In this document: positions 25,000-39,070 of the stretch, one piece after another | Numbering within the stretch: position 1 is the first letter of the stretch | Layout: every line of letters starts with the position of its first letter | From: Eledone cirrhosa | Lineage: Eukaryota | Reading direction: 5' to 3' | DNA: 64,000 nt | Assembly (NCBI GenBank): GCA_964016885.1 | Contig: OZ024742.1 | Location: 272,800,001-272,864,000 of the forward strand | Made by a program: the position numbers and the translations under genes | Notes under the pieces: model-generated | What the model was told of the DNA's origin: nothing | What the model saw: only the letters and a program-made list of their open reading frames with translations | Databases searched by the model: none

Positions 25000-25143
25000 G
25001 CAATGACCATTAGAAGACCAAAGATCAAACTCTGCAGGTTGTCGTTATCCATCTTGAAGTGGGCAGTTTCTAACATGTTTATTAGAGAATAAGAAGACCT
25101 CTTCATATATGCCCCAAAGAGAGATTTCAAAACATTGTATATA
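25000..25143 (-). other. Candidate 144-bp symmetric host exon (unverified)
   Basis: Minus strand cttcag|...|gtaact, open frame IYNVLKSLFGAYMKRSSYSLINMLETAHFKMDNDNLQSLIFGLLMVIA, non-repetitive. No family recognised. Confidence 0.25.
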
Positions 25144-25483
25144 CTGAAGTGATGTACATATTTTATAATATTTCTAGAATTCATTTTTCTCTTATCTTTT
25201 TATGTCACCGTGTATTTATATCTAAATAAATTTCAAAATATTAAGTTATGTAATATTTAAATAAATTAACATTTTTTTCGTCTAAGGCAAATGGACATTA
25301 CGATAGATGCCAATAGGTGCCTCATGAATAGATTTGTGAACGGTACAGACCGGCGCATATATATATATATATATATATATACACCCACCCACACACAAAC
25401 ACATACACACAGATACACACACAGACACCCACACACACACACGCACGCCCCCCCCCCCCACACACACACACATACACACACAG

Positions 25484-25519
<36 letters not shown>

Positions 25520-25525
<6 letters not shown>

Positions 25526-25705
25526 GTTTCTACTTTTGGCACAAGGCCAGCAATTTTCCCAGTACATTACTGGTACTTTATTTTATCGACCCCGTAAGGA
25601 TGAAAGGCAAAGTAAACCTCGGCGGGAATTGAACTCAGATCGTAAAGGGACGTAACTATGCTGGAAAGCATATCCTACCCTCTACCAATACTGCCAATTC
25701 ACCGC
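25520..25705 (-). mobile_element. tRNA-derived SINE
   Basis: Consensus match, flanked by (TA)n. Confidence 0.9.
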
Positions 25706-26129
25706 CTATATATATATATAATAAGAACAAAGTGGAGATGTTACGTTAAGACATGTTTGTTCACTCTTGGTTACAAATCTTTCCGAAGCAGTCGGCTCCT
25801 GATCCAGATTAATGTTCCAAACCAAATCCTGATCGTCAGAGCAGAGCTTTCACAACAAAAAAACATCGGATCTGTGGACAAACCAGCCTGTCATACTAGT
25901 GAACGTTCAATCATGGGCCTAGGATTCACCAGACACATGAACGCCATACAGGACAAAAAAAGACAAGATATATATAAATAAATCAAATAAATGTATATAC
26001 CCACGCAAATACATACGACCACATACACACATACACACACACACGAACACACAAGCGCGAGTAAACACACAAGCGCGAGTAAACACACACACGTACGCAT
26101 ATATACAATAAGTAAAGCACATATACTCC

Positions 26130-26950
26130 GCATTGCGGAAGGCAGGTCACAAAGAGAGTCTCGAATCCATCTATTATAACGACCATAACAATCATGCACC
26201 TAGCGATAAATATGATGCCCGCCATAATATGAATAACAGACATAGGACTAGACGTAAAAGTAAACAGCATAAACATGGAATAGCGAACAGTATAAGTACA
26301 GAGGAACTTCTAAAATCTCTAGAAAAATCAATGAAAAAAAAATATTTATGCTATAACCCATTTTTCAATGATGCAATCAATACCAATCTACCCTTTATTT
26401 TCTTTAATCTAATAGATGAATACTTTCCAAAGCCACATAAATCATACAACATTTTCAATAGGAAAAGTATGCAACTATCATATTTAACCGCAGCAAATAT
26501 AGAAATATTCATTAAAAAACTCAACTCAATAATAATCTCTAAAACTATTGGTCCACATGCCACGAGCACAACAACTAATATCAAACACAACAGTGTAACT
26601 ATATCGCAACCAGGCGGTCGACACTATATAACGCACAAACACAACGTTTTTCAAGAAACTCAGGTATGTGCATACGGAAACGATTAAAAACCACAAACTA
26701 AAAAAACACAATGACTGTGTACAATAACATTTGACAATTTGTGGATAACAAACATGCATACCAAATAGTTTGGTCTAAATTATCTAATGCCAGAGCTTAC
26801 ACACACGGTTATGTCCCAATGCAAATCATGTAATATGGAATTACTCCATATTTCACAATATAATAAGACATTATTAAATAACAAGATAGAACGCACTATA
26901 TATTGTCGGCACATATAAGCCAGCACATTCATAAATTACAAACTACTATA
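26130..26950 (+). mobile_element. Decayed Naiad-type PLE C-terminal fragment
   Basis: YNPFFN..TNL..FFNLIDEYFPKPH..YNIFNRKSMQLSY, followed by a degenerate endonuclease end (C..C..E, LLNN, CRH). Confidence 0.7.
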
Positions 26951-27789
26951 GAAGGGATACGATCCAATACCGTAACTGTTTATATAAACACTATCATTTC
27001 CCAGACTTATAACATTTGAAAACTAGGCGCCATTAGACAGTCTAAAATACCTCTCTTACCACCATAATTGGACTCCACGTTATACATCTATCATACCTTA
27101 TCTTGCAAACATAGCCACATATCTACCACTAATCTTAATAAAACCATAAATAATCAAATACTTGAGCAATCAAATACACCCCACTGCCTTAATAACCCAC
27201 CAATCTAACGGCATCAAAGGACAAACACAAAACCAATCAGATGCAAAAGAAGGTGACAACGTAGACACATCTACATAGAATATATGAACACGCGCAATAT
27301 ATCACCCTCTCTTCTTTCCTTCTCTTCAGATACGATACCATTTAATTTTGATTTTAAAACATACATCGTATACCTCATTCGTCATTTTTATTTTCATATT
27401 ATTTTATCTTGTATTTTCCTTCCACATGTTTATTACCCATCAAACATGTAAATCCCTTAATTTGTTTATTTTGTTTTTCATCTTGAAGTTTATATGACTT
27501 AGAATAAAAACATTGCGTCCTGATTCCAAAATCAGTGTTTTGAAAATGTGCTTGGTATAAACAGTATTTAAATCTTAATTTCAAAATATCATTGTAGATA
27601 GAGATTTTAAACACAATCGATTATATACTAGGCGACGAAACATATGTTTATGTTTGGAATAAAAAAACTACTCTATCGCTTATCCGTGATAATCATCATT
27701 CATTCTATATATATATATATAGTGAAAGATTGAAGAGTAACATGGTAGGCTGTAGAACAAGGGGCTTTATTTCAGGTATTAACCATTTT

Positions 27790-29450
27790 TTCATTGATCA
27801 AACTGCAAAACGACATCAATGCACTACTAAAAAAAATACGCAACACCAATGGCATTATAGTAAAAGCGGACAAAACATTAAACGTATACACCATGAGCCT
27901 TAATACATACAATAACTTTATACGCCGTGAACTACACAAACAATCCAAGAAAACTACAGAATCTACACTTACTAGCATTAATAAGGAAGTACTTAGCATA
28001 GTAAAAAAAATGAAAATATCTGATGGAACTGAGCCTCTCACCCCTTGTAGCCCCACATTTAAACTAAAGGATCACAAAAGTAATTTCGAAACAGACCCCA
28101 CAATTAGATTAATATGCCCATCGAAGTCGGATATAAGTAGAATTAGCAAGTATATATTAGATAGAGTAATAGCATAAATCACGAACAAACTAGTAATTAA
28201 GCTATGGGGTAACACTAACGAAGCAATAGACTGGTTCAGCAAAATAGACAGTAGGGAAACGTGCAACTTCGTAGTTTCACATTAATGACTACTACTCATC
28301 CATCTACCAGTCACCCTAGATAAATCGCTAGCGTTTGCCCAGCAAAAACTCGGACCTAAGCTCTGATCAAATTAAAGTAATACTAGCTGCTAGGAGAACT
28401 ATCATTAGATTCAAAAATAATTACTGGGAACGAAAGAACAGACAGAATAGCTTCGATATCACAATGGGATCTAGCGACTCTGCGCAGGTAACAGACGTAG
28501 TGGGAATATATACAGCGCACAAATTACATAAGGAATTTAATAACCTCCAGGGAGGAATTCATAGAGACGACAAACTCCTTTTAGCTAAAAGACTTAAATA
28601 ATCAAAACATGAAGAATTACGGAAAAACATCGGAGTCTTCTTCAACAAACTAGACCTAGATATCACTTTCGAACTTAACTCTAAAAAAGCAAACTTTTTA
28701 GATGTTACACTCAACCTAAACCCAGGATTAATAGAGTCCTTCCATAAAAATAACGAAAATCTAGCTTACATTAATTATAACTCAAACCACCCTCGATCCA
28801 TACTTAACTCCATAGCACATAGTATATCCCTCAGAACATCCCTCGCCTATCTTCTAACCTAGATATTTTTTACGAACACGCAAAATATTATAACATAGCT
28901 TTACATAAGGCAGGACATAAAGAGGGGCTTGAATACATACTAGATAGAGACAGCAGCAACAAACCTAACGACAGCTACACTACCCACACCTATAGAAATA
29001 ACAAACATAGGACTAAACATAGAATTAAACAACGAGCACCAAACATAACTGAACCGAACACTAATATAAGGATCCCTAGGAACTATAGAAAAGCCAGAGA
29101 TAGGAACTATTTATGGTTCAATCCAATATTCAACTCCTCTATAAAAACCAAACTACCTTCTACATTCGTTAAGCTAATTGACAAACACTTCCCTAAACTA
29201 CACACATACCATAGAATATTTAACAGAAGAACTATCAAACTATCTTACTCTACTGCAGCCTACATAGAATCACACATACATAAAATCAACCACACAAGAA
29301 GCTCTAAAGAAAATAACCTACCAACATACACCATAGCGCCAAATACAAAACGCAAACACATAACAACATCACAGGCACACACACATCAAGGCACATCACA
29401 ACAAATCATTAATAGGCCTAAATCTAAACCCACCCATAAAAACATCCATA
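27790..29450 (+). mobile_element. Decayed Naiad-type PLE RT region
   Basis: VKADKT, LKDHKSNF..IRLICPSKSD, FDITMGSSDSAQ, GGIHRDD, FLDVTLNL, SNHP, WFNP. Confidence 0.85.
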
Positions 29451-29724
29451 GAGAGTGTGGTTTTAATCATCCACTACGACCAGAGTGTCTTCGCTTTCTT
29501 TTTGAGACACCATCTCTAGAGGGTGACGAAAACAACTTCAACGAGACCTCAAAATTAAAATTGAAAGGGAGCTATCCTGTGCTTGTCACAGTTCCAATAT
29601 TGAGTTCCTCCTCCCTTTGAATCGTTTTGATTTTCATCCTGCAGGGTGTCCAATCATCATCCTCCTCACAATCATGTGAGATTTGCCGGTTTAGTCACCG
29701 ACAACTTGCCCAATTATTATTATT

Positions 29725-29885
29725 ATGTCATGATTTGCAGCAAAGAGTTACGGCTCTTTATGTTCTGCGTTCAAATCCCTCAGAGGTTACCTTTACCTTT
29801 CATCCTTACGGGGTAGATAAAATAAAGCAGAGTATTACACTGGGATAATTGTTGGCCTTGTGTCAAAAGTAGAAACAATTATTAT
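29725..29885 (+). mobile_element. tRNA-derived SINE, 5'-degenerate
   Basis: gttcaaatcc B box and ctttcatccttacggggtagataaaata core. Confidence 0.8.
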
Positions 29886-30567
29886 TATTACTACCCCAAA
29901 CACCATCACCACCAGCACCACCATTTTGTCCATATAAGTAGTTAGCTTCATCCCTGCTGTCCCTCGCTCCCAGTGCCCACACCACTCCAAGGTTTCTAAT
30001 TTGTTTCTATTTCAACTGCATCCCAGTGATAGGTGACAATTTCACATCCCTCTATGGTGCTGGTCTAGCATATTATTTCGTTGGTCAAAAGAAGAGGTTA
30101 TTTTTCTTCATGGGATGCCTGGCGGTTTGATGGCGTTGATGGGAGGGATCCGGGGTTTGCCGAGAGAAGTGTTGTTAAAAGTTGAGTTACTTTGCTTATA
30201 AGTTACATACCTTACATTTATCTTCTGTCTGAGGGCGTGATAGAGAAGTGTGGCTAAAAGTAAATTTGCGTAGGGAATAAACAACAAAAAGAACAGATGG
30301 TCCAACAGCCCATACACACCACATGATGATAGTATAGAGAGAGAGGGAATGTAAATTATGTATATACATTAATGAGATGAAGTGAAATTAAGGAAAAAGA
30401 AAGAAAACATTTTTTTTTTATTTCAGTAACGAGATCTAGTGAAATGAAGAGTTGAATTACTTTGCTTATCAGTTGTATATCTCAACTTTAGCTTCTGTCC
30501 CAGCGAGTGGGAATGTTGGTAAAAGTAAGCTTACGTAGAGAATTATTAGTATTATTATTATTATTTG

Positions 30568-30672
30568 ATGTTAACTTTGCCATTCATCCTTACGGAATCG
30601 ATAAAATAAAGCGCCAGTAATGCACTGGGATAATTGCTGGCCTTGTGCCAAAAGTATATGCAATTATTATTA
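30568..30672 (+). mobile_element. SINE 3' part
   Basis: gttaactttgccattcatcctt...ggccttgtgccaaaag. Confidence 0.8.
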
Positions 30673-30674
30673 TG

Positions 30675-30990
30675 ATTTGAAACTACCTTTGAGTTTTGGT
30701 TCTTCCCCAAATCATGCTGAGTGTCAAGCTGCAACCTGAAGAAAATATTTGATAATACACACATTTTACAATCAATTTGCCGCAAAAATGATGCGACAAG
30801 GGTACAAACAACAATACATGTCCTTTCAAAATAGTTAAATTGATATTGCACTTCTCTGGACATGGGCAGGACAATTCAGCACTCTCGCTTATATCCTTGC
30901 AGAGATGTCTTTCCGTGTATCCGATCCAAATATTGTTCATACCGTTTATTATCATTCCAAGTGCGCCAACTATCACTGGTATCGGAACAT
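30675..30990 (-). mobile_element. R4/Dong 3' fragment
   Basis: PVIVGALGMI on the minus strand, followed by a 3' UTR and (AAT)n. Confidence 0.55.
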
Positions 30991-31019
30991 ATCATAATAG
31001 AATGAGGAAAAACAAATTT

Positions 31020-34000
31020 GGATTGAGATGAAAGAAAGGAATGAAAAATGAGAAAATATAAAAAGAAAAATAACGGAAAAGGGCGGGAACGGCAGTGTCA
31101 CAGAAGAATAGGGCGGGGTGGGATAATTGGGATCTGGGAGCAGTGGACTAGACCGGAAAATCATTCACGTGCGCATTGGCCAGCGACACACGCTGAAACA
31201 CCCACCCCACCTCACGGGTTTTCTTCCTCAGCCGGGCCAGCGACTTTCCAATCTTGCGGAGGAGGTCAACAGTACGGGGTCCAAGTACACCAGAGGTCTC
31301 GACTGCGACTGGTGTCAAGAGGAAGCGGATGGACAATCCCTGTATTTATGTATATTCTTTTCCTCTGAATGGCGGGCCACAGAGTTTGTGGCCGAAGTAG
31401 ATTTGGAGTCGGAGAACGTGTCACAACACGAATGGCAAGAGGGTGATTGCATCGGGAGGCTTGCCTCTCCGCAGTCAAAACATGCTGGCTCCAATTGTGA
31501 TGAGAAATCAGCTGCATCAAGTTTCCTTCTCGATATGTCATTCTGAGTGGCATGTCGGGGAACCGGTCTGTGCTTTGGCGTCAAGACAGTGAGTGCAGGC
31601 CGAACTTGTCTAAGACCACCCCGCAACGGCATCTATTTGGCTCACACACACGGAGGCCGCGGCGTTCGGTTACTCCAATGCGAGTGCACACGTTATCAAG
31701 AAGGGTACCTGTTTATGAGGAGGGCACCAAATTAACCACCTGGTACTCTTTGTCCGAGAAGCGGGCGGAGGCAGGTGAGGTGGAATTTGTCCGAGTCAGA
31801 CTCGATCCACCTGAGAGAAGACATACATTTGATGTCGTGCCAGTTGAGTTCGGCAGTTGTACACTGCAGGGCAGAGAGGGCTTCACCTGCGAAGTCGACC
31901 AGAAACTGTTCGAGCTCTGGGGCTACAACAGCGTCTGCCATCTGTTTGAGAACCTCGGGCACGAGAAGGCGACTCGAGGAGATTTGGAGAGGTAGGTAGC
32001 TAGAGCCAGATCCGAATCTGATCGGAGGCCGAGGCCACCGAATCTCACTGGGAGCTTAACCTGTTGCTACGCGGCTCAATCGAAACTGACATTACAGATG
32101 AGGTCCAATGATGGCGTCGGGTTCACCGACATTATCTACGTGATGTTGACAAGGTACACCACGAAGCGTGAACATGAATTTAGGGAGGACGAAGCTTTTC
32201 CTCAAGAGGAAAAGCGAGGGATGAGCGTCAATGATACGCAGCCTATCTGCCATTCGACACACAAATGCATGCTCGATCTCCAGGCATTCTCTCATGACTT
32301 TTGTAAGAAGTGGAGAGCCAATAATGCATGCAGTGCCTTTGGTTGATAGCCGAGACCAGACAGGGCGGGATGGATGCTGAGTACGGCGTTGTAGAATTTG
32401 GCCTCTCCATAGCAGACGTTTGACCTCTCAAACTTGTATTTGTTGATCTTAAGTCCGAGGAGCTTTAGAGCTGGCATAATTTGCCTAAGGCACTCAACTA
32501 TCAGCTCAGCCGATCCGCGCATATTTGCATCATCCAGGTTTTAAAAGTTAAGTGTTGACCAGCCCAGTGGGCCACGTCGTGGAATGCTAGGGCAAAAATG
32601 AGCGAGCCGTTGGCCTCCCTGTTGGACACCTTTGGAAGAAGAAACCCTGTTTTCATCGGCAATGTGTGAGCTGGGTCTTTCGTCCAAAAGGTGAACGAGC
32701 GGCTAAACGGAAGGGGATAATCTAAGGTACGTCTTTAGGATGTGATCTCGTCTAACGCTGTTGAAGACGTTTATCATGTCTAGCTTCACAAGGATGTAGG
32801 GGGAAAAAGGAGGCGCACGTTCTATGAAATGGTGGGGCCTCACATCCGGACTTGATTCCTAACCCGAGCTGGACATCGATTGGAACCTCTCTCAGGTCTT
32901 TGTCTGACTTGCAAGCTATCTTGGCCGCAATCGTCGAAAGTTTTGCCTACCGTGATGGGGCGAACGCGTCCATCATTCTTACTCAGGGCTTCCAGACTGG
33001 ATGAGAAGAAAAAATCGTGGTTATATATAGGCGATTTGGTACGGAGGTAAGAGTTGGAGAGTACTGTAAACGACTGGAGCAATCGGGCCCCTGCTTCTGC
33101 AGTGTGAGACGAGATGAGGTCTCTAAGGTGACCGCTGCGCAATACGTCCACTCCAACACTGCTGCTATCTGGGAAAGTTCAAAGGGAATCATTTACGTCG
33201 TCAATGGAGGCTGCTGGGGAACGATCACTGGCCGGGGATTGAACGTCCTTGAGCGGGTAGGGGTCTGGATATTTTAGGCGAAGCGTTGACAGGCATCCGG
33301 TCGAGACCAGCACACGTACAGCCTCTGAAATATCGCCCTAAATTGGTTTGTGTTAAACTCTCTCCCGGAAACGTTATGTGCTGTCGGAAGTGGTTTTCGG
33401 CCGACCTTTTGGCACTGGTGGGTAGCACGGGAGGGCCAAGAAGCTCGCAGTCGAAGGGTCGCAGAAGGAAGCGATATTGCCCTTGAGCCTCGAAGTATGG
33501 GAGGGGGCCGATTACTCTCTCGCCATCCGGTTCCCTACCAACGGGATCCTGAGTACGAAGGACGCAAAACAGAATAGTTTTGTCCTATCTTGCCTGTCAC
33601 CCGAGTCAAGCGTATCGTTGAATGAAGTCGCTAGCGCTTCGAGCACGGCAGTGCAGGCAGAACTGGGGATCCTGGTCATTATTTTTCATGGCTGCCTGAT
33701 GCAGAAGATTTCCAGCAACACTGGTCCATATGGAGCAAGTTCATGTTCCCGTTATGTCGGGCGTCCATGATTGCCTGTTGAGTCGGACGCGCGTGGCTGC
33801 CATTTGTGTTGGGGTGGATAGGCATGGCTGGCAGTGCCACCGGTGTAAGTATTCTGACGCGCGTCCCATGAGTTTGACAACAGAGAGGTGGAAGAAGCTC
33901 TTGCAGTTGGAATAGTTCCTTCCTTTCTTGCGCCTGTTACAAGTGGCACTCAAATGGCACTGGAAAAATTTCCGTGGGGTGGAAGAGAGAGGTGAGAATG

Positions 34001-34150
34001 GCATTAAATTCAGGGATGTAGGAGTTGGAGGCGTGAAATTGGAAATCGGGAGACTGTGGGAGTGGTAGGTAGGTGTTAGGAGGATAGGTTAAGAGAGGAG
34101 TAGAAATAATGATGTGGGAAGAATTCTAGGATTGGAGTGAGGAGCGATAA
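31020..34150 (-). mobile_element. CRE-clade (RLE-type) non-LTR retrotransposon, decayed
   Basis: ALSKNDGRVRPITVG, KLDMINVFNSVRRD, GLKINKYKFE, C-terminal PVAVETSGVLG..FQRVSLA; pyrimidine-rich 3' UTR. Confidence 0.8.
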
Positions 34151-34314
34151 AGGGAAAAAGGATGGATATGTTTGTGTAGATAAGTCATGCTCAATTGGTA
34201 GCGAAGTGACGGTAAATAACCTACATATCATTACCAAATCAACCTCTGTGACACCAGCATCACTGAAATAAACGTGTTTTCATCTTCCTCTCAGCAATGA
34301 AATTTCCAGTTCTT

Positions 34315-34507
34315 AAATAATTGTATTTACTTTTGGCAGAAGGCTAGCAATTACCCCAGTGCATTACTGGTGCTTCCTTGTTTCGACCCTGTAAGAACGA
34401 AAGGCAAAGTTAACCCCACGGGATTTGAACTGAGAACGTAAAGTGCCATATCACTATTCAACAAAGCATGGTGTATGATGCTCTACAGATACTGCCAATC
34501 CACCGCT
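34315..34507 (-). mobile_element. tRNA-derived SINE, diverged
   Basis: Consensus match with substitutions. Confidence 0.85.
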
Positions 34508-35789
34508 AACGTCAGTTCATCAACAATATTTTGAAAGCGACGCTCTGTTCAACCACAAAAAATAGCGTTTATGTCATATGTATTCATTTGAAATGAATGT
34601 TTATTTAACGTGTTCTCAACAGCGTTACCTCCAGTATAGAAAGTTACACGTAAACAATAATATCATTGGTTTCCCTTGGAAATAAATGTTTTCATCACAA
34701 GCTGTTTTCCATTACAAAATGGTTACATTTCCAGTCCTGATTTCTACCATATGGTCATGGCTTCTAAATCTTTGAAGTACTTGTCGTCAGTTAAATATGA
34801 CGTTTTATCTCTGGTCCGCAACCAATCCTTTCTTTAAAGATCTCGTATTTCTGTTATTCCTCTCCGTTTTCCTTATTATATAAACGTTAATATATAAACA
34901 AGTTTGTAAAAGTCAGTAATGAAGGTTATGCTTATGTCGATAGTGATGATGATGGAATGAATGCGTATATAATGGTTGAGTTAGTCCATGGTGTTGAACT
35001 TGTTGCCGTCGTAGTCTTTCTCTTGTTAATAGAGAAAACTGCTGCCTGTCACGCTGACTGCTGGATTCTCAGCTGTTAGTGAAACCCGTTGCCTACTTTG
35101 ACCGAAGTTGCTGGGACACTGGCAAACATATTTGCCATTTTGTTTTTAATTTAGTGAGATTCATATGAATTTAATTTGTTATTCTTTATTTTTCGGGGTG
35201 AAGTTCTTTTAGTTCGTTCCACGGTAGATTCGAGAAAAAAAATTCACCAACATATGGCTCGACCTCTTGAAACTTAGTATTACCTGTGGCACAGTATTCG
35301 ATTAGAAATATAGTAATGTAAGGGTTACCTTATGTGCCAAATCCAGATAAATCCGTCCATAGATACAAGAAGGCACTGTAATTTTAAGTGGTAAAATTCA
35401 ATCAAAATAGTCCTTGAGAGTTTAGTGATCCGAAGAAAATGTAAAATCCACTGTTCTATGAAAAATACTTTCAATATACCTCAGACATTGTTAATACTGA
35501 CCAGCATCACCTTATTTTTCTTTCTAATCAATGCGCATAATCACGCAAGAATTATAAATGTTACCTCGTTTGATGTTTTATTAGTAGGTCAAATATATTC
35601 CAATCACATGATCCCGACTCGTAATGTTTTATCATATACCGTTGTTTTAATTATTAATCTTTTTTCCCCATTCCTCTTTTCAAAATAATATTTCATTTCC
35701 TTTCAAAACATCTATGGATTACTAATACCTTGTAGTTTACATTAGAATGCACTCAAAGTGGTTGTCTCACTCTCTCTCTCTCTCTTTTT

Positions 35790-35808
35790 CTCTCTCTCTA
35801 TATATATG

Positions 35809-35884
<76 letters not shown>

Positions 35885-35900
35885 TATTTTTATATATATA

Positions 35901-35982
<82 letters not shown>
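35790..35982. repeat. Long (TA)n microsatellite (representative of many)
   Basis: Direct observation. Similar tracts at about 1095, 9050, 21965, 41590, 44920, 45225, 46780, 57830-58030, 58340 and 60200. Confidence 0.95.
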
Positions 35983-35987
<5 letters not shown>

Positions 35988-36145
35988 AAAGAATAGAGGT
36001 GTAACACACAAGTTATTATATATTGGTAAACGGAATAGAAAATGCTGACAAATTGTTCACAGTTGAAAAATGGTTTAATTAGGAATAAAAGAGTATTAGT
36101 GATTGTATGGGTTAGTATTCAGTTGTGGTTTTAAGTTTTCAAGTT

Positions 36146-36181
36146 TTTACCGGTTGCGCATTTCTAAATGCTTTTCAAAAA
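36146..36181 (-). ncRNA. Variant hammerhead (U3-A8 core, GCAA in place of GAAA)
   Basis: Mirror of 40164-40200. Confidence 0.5.
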
Positions 36182-36499
36182 TAATTTTGAGATAGAGTGT
36201 CCGTGCTGTTTGCTCTGATCTGATTAGTTTGGGGAATTCTACCTGTTTTTATGTTAAAAAAGTGTCTCCAGCGTTACTTTGGTGTTGCAAAATTTCTTGT
36301 GGTCAAAACAATTTTGATTGGTCGGTAGAGGTCATGTGAGTGTAAAAATTGATTTTGCGCCAAGACTGTTTTTATGTTAAAAAAGTGGCTCCAGCAACAA
36401 TTCTTGTGGTCAAAACAATGTTGATTGGTCGGTAGAGGTCATGTGAATAAAAAATTGGTTTTGCGCCAAGATTGAGAAATGACTCTTTCACAACAAATA

Positions 36500-36544
<45 letters not shown>

Positions 36545-36651
36545 TAGTAGTAGTAAGGTGTTCGATGTTGTGATAATGGTTAGCAGCGATGTGTGTCAAA
36601 TGGCTATTGAGATAAGTGTGTGTGCGTGTGTGTGTGTGTGTGCGTGTGTGT

Positions 36652-36720
<69 letters not shown>

Positions 36721-37215
36721 GCAGAGTAATTCGTGGTGGCAGGGATGGTCAGTAAGAATGTGTCTGAAAGTAATGGGTATTTTATCATGTCAAAAAATAT
36801 TTTTCAGCTTTTGTCTTATACGGAGAAGTGCGTGTGTGTGTGTGTGTATATAAGTCTCTTTGTATGTTGATGTACGCGTGTGTATGTGTGTGTGTATATA
36901 TGTGTGTGTGTGTGTGTGTGTGTGGGGGTGGATCAGTATTTTTTTCCCCCTGGTAAAATGGTGTACATTATTCGATTTTTTCAGTAAAATCGGTTCTCTT
37001 AATAGAACATCAAATATCTTAACAATAAAAGGTGTGAAATGATATTCACTATATATATATACACACATACATATAGTCACTATATACATATACATATATA
37101 TATACATATATACATATATATACACATATATATGCACATATATTTTTTTTTGTTGCACCATAGAGCATGTGTGTTTACGTATGTCATTGTGTTTATATGT
37201 GGGTAGAGATGTGTG

Positions 37216-39070
37216 CTAATGTAGGTATGTATGTTGACGTGTGTATGTTGTGGGTTCGTCTGAGGGAGAAGTGTTTAGACGGGGTCCGTATTTGTTAATG
37301 AAGTAAGCTTCCTTGCTGATGCGCTGGGTGTGGGTGGCATTATCTTTAAATTTGTAGAGGGGAAAGATTGTGAAGTTGGGATGATTTTGGGCGGCACAGG
37401 TATCAATGTGTTCACTCAGTGGTATTTTCCTGTATTCCCGTATTTTAATTTGGGATCTATGGACAGCCATGCGTTGGCGAAGGCTGTTTTTGGTCTGGCC
37501 TATGTATTGTTCTCGACAACCTGAACAAGTTAACACATATATTAGATTTTCCGATGCACATGTGAATTTGTGTTTTACTATAAAACGTTGTCCCTCTTTG
37601 AAATAGAATTCCGAACCCTGTATTAGGTTGATGCAAATGCCACAGTTGGGTCTATCGCATTTTTTTACTGTGGGTTTCGTTGTTGTGGTTGGCAGTACTT
37701 TGGCATGTGCTAAGTTTTTTTTCATTGACTTGGATTGTCTTTTGCTCTTTATGATATTGTGTGTTCGTAGAATTTGCTTCATTCTATGGTCCTTTTTCAA
37801 TACAGGGATGTTCTGGAGGATGGTGTCAAATGCCTCATTGTTGAGGGGGTTGTGTGTGGAGATGTATGGAAGAGCTTTTAGTTTTGGTTGATTTACTTTA
37901 GGGTGTCTAAGGTCCTGGGTACTGAGTTTTAGGGCACGTTGGATTCCATTGTCAATTAGTGATGCAGGGTAGTCCCTGCCTATGAGTGTGTCCTTTAGTT
38001 CTTTTAGCCGTAAGTAGCAGATGTTTTTATTGGAGACTATAGTACAGATTCTCTTGGCTAAGTTGTAGGGAATATTAATTTTAACGTGTCTAGGGTGGCA
38101 AGAGTTGAAGAGGAGATATTGCTTGGAGTCTGTGGGCTTGTAGTATATGTCTGTTTCTATTTTTTTGTTATGCATCTTAATGAAGATGTCGAGGAAGGGG
38201 AGTTGTTGATGGCTGTATTCCATCGAGAAGTTAATATTTGTGTTGAGCCCATTTATAAGGGTGTGAAATTCTTTAAGTTGTTCGATGTTTTCGTGCCAAA
38301 AGATGAAGCAGTCATCTAGATATCGCTTCCAGTTCCTTTCAATGTGTAAGTGGAGGGTGTTTCCAAATTTGTTTAGGACTTTAGTGTAGAGGGTGATTTC
38401 CAGGTATCCCATGACTAGGTTGGCATAAGTGGGGCTGTTTTCGTTCCCATAGCGGTCCCATATTTCTGCCTGTAGGGTTTGTTATTGAAAACGAAGTAAT
38501 TGTTCTCCAAGATAAATTTGAGTCCCTCTATCACGAATTCTTTTTTGATGCGTTGTGGGAGTTCATTGTGGAAATTATCCAGCCAGAATTGGATAGCTTC
38601 TATTCCTAGGTTGTGGGGATGTTGGAGTATAGGTTGACTACATCGAACGTCACTAGTAGGGTTTGTTCAGGAAGTGGCATATTAAGGAGGTGATTGAACA
38701 TATCTAGGTCGTCCCTTATATAGCTTTTGATGCGCTTGAGGAAGGGTTTGAGAAGGGTATCAATGAAGTTGCTAAGACGGTGCGTTTCGCAAGCGGGGCC
38801 TGCTATTATAGGTCTTAATTTGAGATCATTGGGTGAGGGGACATTGATGACTATGTCTGTGGCTTCCTTGCATGCCTTACTTATTGATTCGGTTTTATGT
38901 ACTTTAGGAATACCGTAGAAAAAGCTGGATTTACTTGTGAAGTCTGTGATGAAGCTGAATTCCTTGTTAGTGAGTCCTTGTTTGTATTGGTTGATTAGAG
39001 TGTTTAGATTTCTCATAATTTTCTGTTGATTGTAATGTTCAGCCTTTTCGTAGTATGTTTCGTTTTCCAA
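37216..39070 (-). pseudogene. Neptune-type PLE RT plus GIY-YIG ORF, frameshifted
   Basis: FYGIPKVHK, LRPIIAG, TFDVVNLYSNIP, WKRYLDDCF, PFLDI, YYKPTD, KCDRPNCGIC, NLIYVLTCSGC..YIGQT..LRQRM..H. Confidence 0.92.

Noticed and set aside
25735-25900. Minus-strand CTGACGA as an HHR core
   Set aside because: No flush stem II/GAAA/stem I arrangement could be built.
35020-35140. Minus-strand NGKYVCQCPSNFG as an EGF-like exon
   Set aside because: Only two cysteines, no clear splice sites, and the frame closes quickly.
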